From: Azolla caroliniana
Taxonomy: Eukaryota > Plantae > Polypodiophyta
Assembly: GCA_043228905.1 (NCBI GenBank)
Contig: JBHGNT010000015.1
Location: 18,786,001 to 18,850,000 of the forward strand
DNA: 64,000 nt
Direction of reading: 5' to 3'
The notes beneath the pieces were generated by a model. That model made no database searches and had not been told where the DNA came from. It worked only from the letters and a program-made list of their open reading frames with translations. Below, piece after piece: positions 34,988 through 45,770 of the stretch; the first letter of the stretch is position 1, and every line of letters starts with the position of its first letter. Both the position numbers and the translations under genes were made by a program.

Positions 34988-37104
34988 TCCTGGTTCTCGC
35001 CACCGAGGGACTCGCGGTTTCTCTCGTGGTTCGGCCGCACCGTAAAAAATTGCACCGAATGGCGCCCGTCCTGGCTTTTGACCCTCGCGTAGGCCGAACC
35101 GTTGTCCAGCACCTTGGTCTCCATTCTCGCCGCCGTGATGTATGGTTCCCCTAATATGACCGGGTGCGAAGACGTTTCATGTACGAAGAAGTGCTGGTCA
35201 ATCTCGACGTCGCCGATCTTGACTCGCACGTTCGGGCAGGCCCACATGCAGTTCCTCGGTGGCGCGCGTCGCCGCCCGTATCTTCCACCCGTGCTTGGTG
35301 TTGATCGGCCACTTCCCCTTCTTATAGAAGTCCATGGACATTAGGTTTATTTCCGAACCGTGGTCCACCAACGCCACCACCGGTTCCCGAACATCTCCGA
35401 TCTTTACCGGGGTCTCCGTGGTCGCTCGGGCCCAGTGTGGCCTCGAATAGTGGCTCTCCGCCAACTCATCTTCTAGCGCCGAGTCGTCGATGTGCGTCGT
35501 CCGCACCTCCACCGGTTTTTCCGGTTCCGTCTCCGTCGACAGTCTCTTCCGTTTCACCAGGTCCACGATGGAGTCGTGGAACTCCTTCTTGGCGATCCCT
35601 AGCACCTCCCGTAATGATAGCTCCACTTTGCTGTCGAGGATCCGTTCTTCTAGGACCTTTCGTAGGTCCGTAGCCCTTTCTATTTCTGTCCCCAGTCGGT
35701 ACCCGCCCTTCTTGGGGTTATCTTGCGGGCCGGGCCCACCGGCATCGTTCCGTCGTTGCCCGAATCGGGTCTCGTACCGTTGTGAGGGCCCGTCCGCTCC
35801 GGCTTTCCCCACTCGTTTTTCTTCTACCAGAGCCTCGTAGTTCCGGCAAGCGGCTTCTACGAAGCCCGTCTTCTCCTCGACCGGATCGCTCCACCCGGTT
35901 ATTTCCCGGACCCGTCTCTCAGCGCGGTCCGTTTCATCTTTCCTCAGCCGCGCGCCGACGAGGCCTTCCAGCATTGCCGACCAGAAACCGTCTTTACTCT
36001 CCTTTCGGGCTTCGCTGCCCCCGACCTGAATACCGGCTGACGCCGAGTAGTGGATGGCCTCCACGTGTCGGGCCGCTGCCTCTTCCATCAGTCTCTTCAT
36101 ACCTCCTCGCTTGTCGTTTCGGCTCAGGGCCCTCCTGGTGTCGCCAGCGTGCACCCGGCCTTCCCACAGGTACACCACCCGGTTTCTCAACGCCTCTGCG
36201 AAATCGCCGCAGTCCTTCCGAATGTGGCCGACCTCGTCGCACCACATGCACCTGTTCCCCGCTGCCGGCCGTCGGTCACGAGCCGGTTCGCCGCCTTCCC
36301 TTCGAGTCTGGGCGATCTGGAGATCCTTTATCACCCGCGTCAACTCCTCTAGCGCTGCTCCTCCGGACGAGCCATTGACCATGCTGGTCGAAGCCGGACC
36401 GGTTTCGAGCCATTCCCGGGTTTCTTCCCTTCGCACTTGCGGCGCCGGTTCAAGCCTCCTTGCTGTAACAGGGCCCGCACCGGCCGCCCCGTTGTTAGCC
36501 CATTCTCGCCGTTTGTCGAAACGGCCACAGACTCTCTTAACCGCAGCCCAGTCGGTCGTCAACCCGTCTTCAGTTTCCAGCAAGGAGCCGACTTGATCCC
36601 GGTCCCGCTCGTCAACCGACTTGATGAACAGTAGGACCCGGCTCGTATCCAGGATAGTTCGGTCAAGCGCCGAAAGGCGCGCAAAGCGTTCCTCGAACTC
36701 CCGGAGGAGTGCCGACGCGTTTCTTCCTTTGCCGGGGGACTCCACCCATTCCATGAAGTCCCGTTTCGAAAGCCGGAGCACGTCGTCCAGCCCATATTTC
36801 TCTAGGAGCCGGCCTTCGAACTCCTCCCAGGTATGGCTCTCCGCCTGTGCTCGAGCACCTCCGCATGGATGCTCGGCATCGCCACTCGAGGGAACCCGGC
36901 AAGACGCCTCTCTTCCGGAATGTCCCGCATCAGCATTTCCGCCCCGTAGGACGCCAAATACTTCGTAGCATCCTTTCCGTTGAAACGGCCGATCGTACCG
37001 ACGACCGCCTCAATGGCTCTGTCGAGGGCACCGGTGCCCTCGCGTGTGCTCAATATCCGATCCACGGCCGAAGCCATGGCCTCTGCAAGATCCGACCCCC
37101 TCAT
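34978..37104 (-). pseudogene. Gy-2 ORF1: Gag + zinc knuckle + aspartic protease (two 1-nt frameshifts, near 36850 and 35245)
   Basis: GRFNGKDATKYL (capsid), CMWCDEVGHIRKDC, VALVDHGSEINLMS..VILGEP (PR); ends QEDF-TAG. Confidence 0.88.
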
Positions 37105-37211
37105 CTTCTGCTCTTCTGCCGCCTCTTTCACGTCGGGTTCACCAAAGATGTCGAGGTATTCCTCGCGGATGCGTGGAGTGAGGCGGGACCTCGGGGGTCC
37201 TGTACTGAAGA

Positions 37212-37247
<36 letters not shown>

Positions 37248-40200
37248 CACTACGTGCGAGCGTAGTTTCACAGGGACACGGCCCTTCGATGCAAAGACGT
37301 GAATGGGACAGCGACACAGAAAGACACGAAAGTATGTATGTATTGACAAGACAAACAACAAGAACACGAAGACAACAAACACGAAGTCGGTTACAACCGA
37401 ACAGGCCGGCGGACAGATGCCGATACCTGTTCGTAAATGCACAGAAAGACAGGAACAGGTTGGAGGTGCTGCCGGAAGCACTCGGGCATTCCTCAGAGCA
37501 GCGCGAGCCTCCCGAAACCTGCACAGAAGGAAGCTATGGAGTCTGCGAACCAGAGAGAGAGAGAGAAGCCTTCGCGCCCAATCCGACAGCACTTCGTCCT
37601 CGACTCTCCGCGATCCCTCTACCCTCCTCGTCTCCCTCCTTTTATAGGCAAGGAAGGAGCCGTTTCCCTTTTACTCCCTACCAACCGAATCTACCTAGGA
37701 TCTCCTATGTTCAACTTAAGGCGCACGTGCATGAAGAGTCGGTTTCTACGCTCCGGTGCACCGATTCCGCTCGTGGACGGTTTTCTTCACGACACCGGGT
37801 TCCCTCGGGTGGCATCACCGGACATTCACACGGAGGTGCTCGAGGTGCAAGCTGGATGCCGAACCTGGGAAGAGTTCAAGGGGCGGCTCCTCGAAAGGTA
37901 CGGGCTCGATGACGCGCTTTAGCTATCAAAGCGAGAGTTCATGGAGTGGGTGGAGACCCCCGAAAAGGGGAGGAACACGTTTGCGCTCCTCCAGGAATTT
38001 GAAAATCGGTTCGCTCGGTTGTTGGCGCTGGACCGGGAGAAAGTGGGCCTCTTATTGGAGACAGACGAAGGGCTCACGACAAACTGGGCCGTGGTAAAAC
38101 AAGTTTGTAGTCGTTTCGACAATCGACGCGAATGGAGTGGCGAGGGATCGCCAGCGGCAAGGTCGGTCCCGGCAAGGAAGTTTGAGGAGCCGGTATCGAT
38201 AAGGAAAGATGAGACTCAGACTTGGCTGGAGTCAGGTGCGGGCCCGTCCGACGCGGTCAAGGGACTCTCCGAGCGATTAGCTCTAGAAGACCTGACACAA
38301 CTGGTGCGGGATCTCCAGATTGCGCATGCTCGGAGAGACAGTGGCGAACAACCTCGCGACCGGAGGCCGCCGGTAGGGCAACAATGCATGTGGTGTGACA
38401 CAGTCAGTCACATCCGGAAGGAGTGCACGGATTTCGAAGAAGCACTCAGGACTCACGCGGTGTACCTTTGGAATGGGCGGGTACACACGAGCAAGACTCG
38501 GAAAGCCCTGGAGTTGAATACCGGGCGTGACGGAATGAAGCGGTTGATGGAGGAAGCCACGACGCGACATGCAGAGGCCATCCACTACTCGGTGTCGGCG
38601 GGGATCCGGGTCGGGGGCGGCAAGGATCAGAAGGTGAAAGACTCCGGATTTTGGCCGCTAGTGCTAAAGGGCCTCTCCGGGGTCCGGCTAAAAGGGGAAG
38701 AGGCGGACCACGTAGAGCAACAGATCCGGGAGGTCACCGGATGGGACGATCCAGTTGAGGAAAAGACTGGCTTCGTGGAAGCCGCGTGCGAGAACTATGA
38801 GGTTCTAGTGGAAGATAAATGCGCGGGTAAGGCCAAAGGGGCCAGACCCTCACAATGATACAAGACCTGGTTCAGGCCAAAGAAGAACGATGCTGGCAAT
38901 CCCGGTGTGCCGGACAAACCCAAGCCAGCCGGTTACCGGCTGAGCACTGAGATTGAAAGAACCACGGACCTACGGAAGGTCCTAGAGGAGCGAATTCTCG
39001 ATAGCAAGGTCGAGTTGTCGCTACAGGAAGTGCTTGGGATCTCAAAGAAGGAGTTCCACGATTCTATTGTGGACTTGGTGAAGCGGAAGCGGCTCTTGAT
39101 GGAGCTGGAACCGGAGAAGCCCGTGGAGGTGCGGATGATGCACCTGGAAGAGACGGCCCTAGAGGACGAGTTGGCAGAAAGCCATTATTCGAAGTTACAC
39201 TAGGCCAGGGCCACGACAGAGACCCTTGTTTGGATCGGCGACGTCCAGGAGCCGGTCGTGGCTTTGATAGACCACGACTCAGAAATCAACTTGATGTCCA
39301 TGGACTTTACAAAAAGGGGAAATGGCCGATCAATACCAAGCACGACTGGAAGATATGCGCGGCGCCGTGCTACGGAGGAGCTACACAGGGCGTGGCCGAA
39401 TGTGCGTGTCAAGATCGGCGACGTCGAGATAGATCAACACTTTTTCGTGCAGGAGATGTCCTCGAACCTAGTGATTCTCGGCTAACCGTACATTACGACG
39501 GCACGCATGGATACAAAGGTGCTTGACAACGGTTCGGCGTACGCGCGCGTCAAAAGCCAAGACAGACGACACTCCGTCCAATTCCTGACCGTATGATCGA
39601 ACCATGAGCGTAACCGCGAGACCCTCAGCGGCGACAACCGAGGGGATTTTTAGAGAGGGCTATCAAGGCGTGGGGCCACGATAGTCCGAACACCCCGGAG
39701 GAACCCCACATGTGTACAATAGGTAGGAGGTTTTGGTTCTCTGATAGCGGAGGTTGTACGATAACCGGCATCGTTAGCTGGGAGAAGAAGCGGGCAGAGG
39801 GACGACTCAGGATATGTGCAGTCCTCGCCCCCGATGAGGAAATTAGAGGCGTCGTGGAGGCGGTCTCTTTTGACGACACCCTCGGGGAAATTTGGAAGTT
39901 GATCGAAGAAGGCCTCAGTGAAGACCAGATGATTCCGATTAACTCGGTGGAAATGTACGAAGTCATTACCGACTTCGAGGAAAGGGTCAGGTCGGATCGG
40001 ACGGCCTGCATGTATACAAGGTATAAGACTATGTACTGGAAGGTGAGGCCAGTCGTGGCACCCTTACTGGAAAGCAGCGGGATATGGATGAAAGGGGTCG
40101 CGTTGGACCCAAGTCTACGGGATCCGGCCGTCATAGGACACCGGTTCACCAACATAACGCTACGAGAGCGCAAGGTTGGTGGGGGTGGCTTTCTACTGCC

Positions 40201-42587
40201 AGCGGAGGAGGAACGGTTTCGGAGAATGCTCGGGAGGCACTGGAAGGCCTTCGCATTCTCACCGGAAGAGATCAGGTGCGTGGACCCGACGGTCGTTGAG
40301 CCAATGGTTATTTTTACGGTGCCGCATGTGCCATGGAATCTCAAACCGATTCCAGTACCCAGAGCTCACATCCCGAAGCTGATGGAGCTGCTAAAGCAAA
40401 AGGTGGAGATGGGCATCCTCGAACTGTCGAATGCCCCATACTCGAATCGGTGGTTTACCGTGCCTAAGAAGAACGACACGTAACTTCATCCATGACTTGC
40501 AGCCAGTCAATAAAGTGACCATTCGGAATGCAGGAGTCGGACCCTTCGCCGGGAGGTCGATCTATTCGGTTGGGGATCTATACTCATGGTACGACTAGTT
40601 CCAACTAGCCAAGGAGAGCAGGGATGTCATGACGATGTGAACACCTCTCGGCTTATGCGGATGTGTACCCTTCCGCAGGGAGGGACAAACTCAGTGGCGC
40701 ACATGGTGAATGCGATGAACAAGGTGCTGAGGGATTGCATCCCGGACATCACCATGCCATTTCTGGATGATATACCGATAAAGGGGTGTCCGGTGGAGGA
40801 TAAGGATGAAACGGTTGGGCCGAACGGATGCCGGAGATTCGTGGCGTACCACAGTGACGGTTGCGAGAGGGTACTGCAAAGACTAGAGGGTGCACGACTC
40901 ACCCTTTCCAGAGAGAAGTCGGCTTTCGGGCAATCAGAGATCCTTGTGGCCGGTCACCTGTGCGGGCCTTATGGCTGGAAACCGTCTCCAGCAAAGGTAG
41001 AGGCCATCTCCGCGATGAAGGAAGAATGCAAGTCAGTTACGGAGGTGCGGAGGTTCCTGGGGGCATGCGCGTTCTATCACAGTTGGATCCAGCACTACGC
41101 ACACGTCACGGAACCGCTCTACCGCTTGCTAAAGAAAGGGCGAAAATTTGAATGGAGTAATGAACATATGGAATTGGTCCGACGATTAAAAAAGGCGCTT
41201 ACCGCGACACCAGCTCTCCCAAAGGCGGTCTACGACAAGTAGGTCCCCGACTATGTAATCGTAGACAGAAGCCCAACCGGGATCGGATGGGTGATCAATC
41301 AGGAGGACGAGAGTGGCGTGTGGTTCTTGATCTAGTTCGGGGTGAAGGTATTGAGCGAGCGACAACGAGGATACACCCAAGTCAAGCGCGGATTGTGGGG
41401 TATCGTTTCCGTAGTCAAGACCGAGAAGGACTATCTAATCGGGACGGAAGTAATAAACGAGATGGATTGCCTACCGAATCTCGGTATGGTTTCCAGATGC
41501 GCGAATTTGGACCTGGCAATGCTCAGGTGGATCGCATACATCAAGTCTCTAAATCCGGAGATACGACACATATCTGATAAAGACAACACCATGGCCGATA
41601 TGCTTTCAAGAGCACAGTTTGACGATGAAGACGACATGGTTTTGGAGAATGAAGAAGTTGGTGAGAACTTCTTTGAGTCAGCTCGTATAGCGGCGAGGGC
41701 TGGGAGCACTCCGGTGCTTGACACGTTGTCGTGAAGAATTTCGGCCAAAGGCGGAAACCGGGAACGTTGGCTATATCGGCAGGGTGCAGCGTGTGTACGC
41801 ACCCATGTACATTTAGTGTGAATATCGAGGGCGCCTTTATGGCGCCGAAGAGAGTCAAGTCGGGGCAGACGATCCCATGTAAGGCGGGATTTGTCCCACA
41901 TTGTAACGCATCCCTCTCCTTGTACTATAAAAGGAAGGGATCACCCTTTGGAAAAGGGTTGCCCATTTTGCATTAGAGGGTATACCGTTAGGTTTAGAGT
42001 TAGTCTTGATCTTCTTCTCCTTCGTGTTCGCTTAGGGTTTGCTGCAGCTTATCTCCTGTGCAAGACCCCGCTCGGCGCGACGAGCCCGAGAGCTCCCCGA
42101 CGTCGGCTTGACAGCAGATGACTACTGTAACCTACCTCAGCCCGGCTCGAAGCCGAGGATGTATTCTTCTGTTTATACATATATATATATTTGCGTCTGT
42201 CTGTGTATATTCGCGTCCATTTCGTGTCGGGTGTTTCCCCTTTCCTGCGTTTCCTGTACATGAGGGCGCGAGGCGGGTCAACATGTGTGTGTGTGCGTGA
42301 GTCGGTGTTAAGCGCTCTCTCCCTCTCTCCCCTCGGTTGCTTCCGGTGTGCTTCTGAGATGCCCCGGGAACAGTGAAGCCCGACTTCCTACGCTCCAACA
42401 CTCCCTAGTCCAAGACCCCCGTGGTCCCGCCCTTCTACACGCACGCGCGTAACAACGCGACATATTTGGTGAACCCGACGTGAAAGGCGGCAAGGGAGGA
42501 TGGAGTCGGAAGACGACGACCTTGCGGAGATGGTGGCCGAAGTGGTGTTGGAGTTGGCACGAGTGGTGATGAGGCGAGAAGCAGCGC

Positions 42588-43666
42588 TGTCGTGAAGATT
42601 TTCGGCAATAGTGTGAAAATCCCATAAAACGTACGAAATCGAGTATGAATCACATAATACAATAATTGTGAAGATAACATTTTAAATAAATTTAATATCT
42701 AAGTACAAAATGATGGAGGTTTCGAATGCACTTTATTACACGAGAAACAGATAACTAAATGTCAAGATATGAGGGTATAAAGTTTGTGAAAGGAAAAGAG
42801 AAAATTGTGAGATATCCCACATAGGCACGACAAATACGGCTCTCATCATATATAAGGTAGAGCAAAAGATATTATCTTTGTGTCTATGTGTGGAGCATAG
42901 AGAGTTCAAGGTAACTTGAACTAAGAGTGGAGGTGGGCTAGCTACTCGTAAAGGGTTTTGGCCAACCAAAACCGGACCGGCATCTGGCGCCAATCCGGTA
43001 TCCGGCGAGGCACTGGTAACCGACGGTATCCGGCGAGGCACCGGTAACCGACGGCATCCGGCGGCGGCACCGGTAACCGACGACATCCGACGAACCGACG
43101 TTCGGTGACTAGATAAATAAATATATAAATATATATGTTTACAAGGAGGGCAAGTAAGGATTCGAACCTTGCACCTCCAAGTTAGGAGTCAATTAGCTTA
43201 CCATTAAGCCATGCTATTTAGTTGAAATTATATTTCTATCATTGTAGTTTTACATGTAAATTCTCATACATGAGAGCTAAATTGAGTGACATGGTTATCA
43301 TGCACCACATGTAATACATAAGCGCCAAATGGCAAACATGCAATTTATGCATGTCTTGTACCCTCACATGCATCATATGCATGGGAGCATCTATAAAAGA
43401 AGGAAGGGGGAGGAAAAAAAACACGTTTTTTTTTATGAAAATTAAGAGGAAGAAATTCGTTATCAAATTGATGGTGTAACTTGTTTCTTAAATCCAAAGA
43501 TAAAAGTTCAATCAATCTCTCTCAATCGTTTAATCTTAACTTCTCTCATTCCCAATCTATCTTAAGTACTTTCTCGCCAAAGCTTGTACCGACTTTGAAT
43601 CCTTCCGGTCCAGAACCCCGGCGGTTCCGCCTCACGATCCGCGCGTAGTGACGGATCTTCACGACA
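42588..43666 (+). mobile_element. Gypsy-group solo LTR (1079 bp) with 12-bp terminal inverted repeat
   Basis: TGTCGTGAAGAT...ATCTTCACGACA; TSD GCGC (42584-87 / 43667-70); group-type TATA CTATAAAAGAAGG at 43391; U5 motif CCCCGGCGGTTCCGCCT at ~43616-43632; 28-bp tandem repeat at ~42997-43085. Confidence 0.88.
43148..43220 (-). ncRNA. tRNA-derived / SINE-head-like sequence (not a functional tRNA)
   Basis: On the - strand, A box TGGCTTAATGG (43211-43201) and B box GGTTCGAATCC (43168-43158) at tRNA spacing. The T-arm AAGGTTCGAATCCTT pairs; the anticodon stem does not. Confidence 0.6.
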
Positions 43667-45414
43667 GCGCAACAGGCGGTTGAGCAAGTGGTCGAAAGAG
43701 TTGGCCGTTTCAACGGGGACAAAGTCCCATCTTACTTGGAAGCCTTCAACGCGGGAATGGAGGAGCGTGGCATAGACGAGGCGTTGAGGCTGGAGTTCTT
43801 TTGTCGGGTCGTGGCTGTCCGGATGCATGCGGAAATAAAGGAGCTCCGTGAGGCTCATAGTTCGTGGGAGGCCTTCGAAGAGGCGCTCCTGAAGGCATAC
43901 GGAGGATGGCAGAAGAGCCGGGGACGACATGACTTTGACCAATGGGTAGCATCGGCAAAGACCCACCGGGGCGCGACCAAGGCGTTCCGAGAGTTCGAGC
44001 GACGGCTTGCTCGGCTCCCGGAGCGGGAACAAGGTTTGGTGGGGGCGGACAAAGTCCTTTTGTTCGTCAAGTCGATCGATTGAGCGGAACGGGAAGCCAT
44101 TGGGATTGAGCTCGAAGACGATGATGGAGCGAATGGGCTTACGGAGGACTGGGCGAAGGTCGGAAGGGTGTGCGAACGGCTAGACAACGAGCGAGTCGAG
44201 AAGGCTAAGAGGAAGGTACGCGACGGCGTGCCATCACAACGGGAAGAGGCCGAATGGCAAAGAGAGTCGGCAAGGGTCGGCGTTGGGGCCAGGATTGCGG
44301 AGGCGTACGCAACGCTCAAAGCGATGCTCGAGGAAGAGGGAGGATCGAGGCCAGAAGCTGAGACCGAGGAAACGGACTTGCCTCACACGACGACGGAAGA
44401 TGGGTACCACGGTACCACGGGAGAGGGTGCAGAACAAAACGCCCTCTCGACTTGCGGAGATAGAACGGCCAAGGACGAGGCTGAGATACAGATCGCGGAA
44501 CCGGAACGTTGGGACCAGCGGTTTCGGGCGTGTTAGCCCGAGATCCCGGTCATTGAAGAAGCAAGCCCAGATGGGGCTTGTGCGATCGGTAAGAAGTTGA
44601 CCACCGACCACGGAGAGCCGGTGGCTACGGACAAGGGCGTAAAACGGACGGGCGATTCCTTGTGTCTTCCCACACTTGCTCCCGAGATGATGGCAGTCGG
44701 GCCCGAGTGCCCACGTGAGTCCCAAGCGGAGGAAGGCGGCGGCGAAGGGCCAAGAATCACCGGCGAGAAGATACGGGGAAGGAGTGGACGAAAGCCCACA
44801 GACCCGATTCCGGAGAATTCGGCATTTGGGCCCGTATGCCCATTTAAGACCGAGGAGATGGATGGCGGTACTAAGGAGTCCTGGCACGATGCCAACGAAG
44901 ACGGATGGGAAACGGCCTGCGAGGAGGCTGAGGACGGAAGCGGCACGAGAAGATCGGCATTCCGATTCGTATGGAGCAGAATCCGGTTGTGGATCGTTTG
45001 ATTGGGGCCGGATTCGGCATGAAGGTGCCGATACAGGAGAGGGTGCGGGACGAGCCGCCCTCTTTTACATGGGGAGAAAGACCGACCGGGCGAAGGTCGA
45101 GATTTGGAAAGAGAATGAAAGCCGGTCCTATGGGATTCCTTACACCGATCCGGCTGCAGGCCCGAGTGCTGGCGTGAGTCCTATAAGAGAGATCGGTGGC
45201 GACAAGAGAACGGGACTCGGCAACCCGGAGAAGGACGAACGGACCCAGAAGAGAACTGGGCGGAGCGGACTCCCGGATGACCATTCCGGGAGGGAGGAAG
45301 AGAGCTGGCCTACGAAGAGGCCGAGGACACGGTACATTGGTACCATGGGAGAGGGTGCGGAGTAAACCGCCCTCTCGGCATGCAGAAAAGGACGACCCGG
45401 GACAGGGTCAGGAA

Positions 45415-45770
45415 TACGGATGGAACGCCTACGGAGGATCCTTCACACCGGATCTAGAAACTTCGGCAGTCGGCAACGCGGTCGACGTAAGACCAAGATA
45501 CTGACGGTGGCGGCGAGGTGATGAAGGCAAGGGCTACAGATGGAACGCCTACGGAGGATCCTTCACACCGGATCTAGAGACTTCGGCAGTCGGCAACGCG
45601 GTCGACGTAAGACCAAGATACTGACGGTGGCGGCGAGGTGACAAAGGCAAGGGCTACGGATGGACGCCTACGGAGGATCCTTCACACCGGTTCTAGAGAC
45701 TTCAGCGGTCGGCAACGCGGCCGACGTAAGACCAAGATACTGACGGTGGCGGCGAGGTGACGAAGACAAT
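45415..45770. repeat. 120-bp tandem repeat x3 inside Gy-NA
   Basis: TGGAACGCCTACGGAGGATCCTTCACACCGG... starts at 45421, 45541 and 45661; degenerate relatives flank the array. Confidence 0.92.

Larger units (their letters stand above)
30807..37794 (-). mobile_element. Gy-2: near-intact Ty3/Gypsy of the same group, inserted antisense into Gy-1 gag
   Basis: TSD CCGG (30803-06 / 37795-98). LTRs 30807-31440 and 37149-37794 differ by about six substitutions and a 12-bp GA-repeat indel. PBS-Trp at 37144-37127; PPT GGTGGGGGCGGA at 31452-31441. Confidence 0.95.
42500..44536 (+). pseudogene. Gy-NA Gag capsid-like ORF (42500-42587 + 43671-44536; one TGA at 44081)
   Basis: MESEDDDLAEM..VGRFNGDKVPSYLEAF..WEAFEEALLKAYG..FREFERRLARL..VLLFVKSID..GLTEDWAKVGRVC aligns by eye with the Gy-1/Gy-2 Gag N-terminus. 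The frame is restored when the solo LTR is removed. Confidence 0.8.

Noticed and set aside
43148-43220. Functional tRNA-Arg(CCT) gene
   Set aside because: The anticodon and acceptor stems do not pair well; kept only as a tRNA-derived promoter-like sequence.
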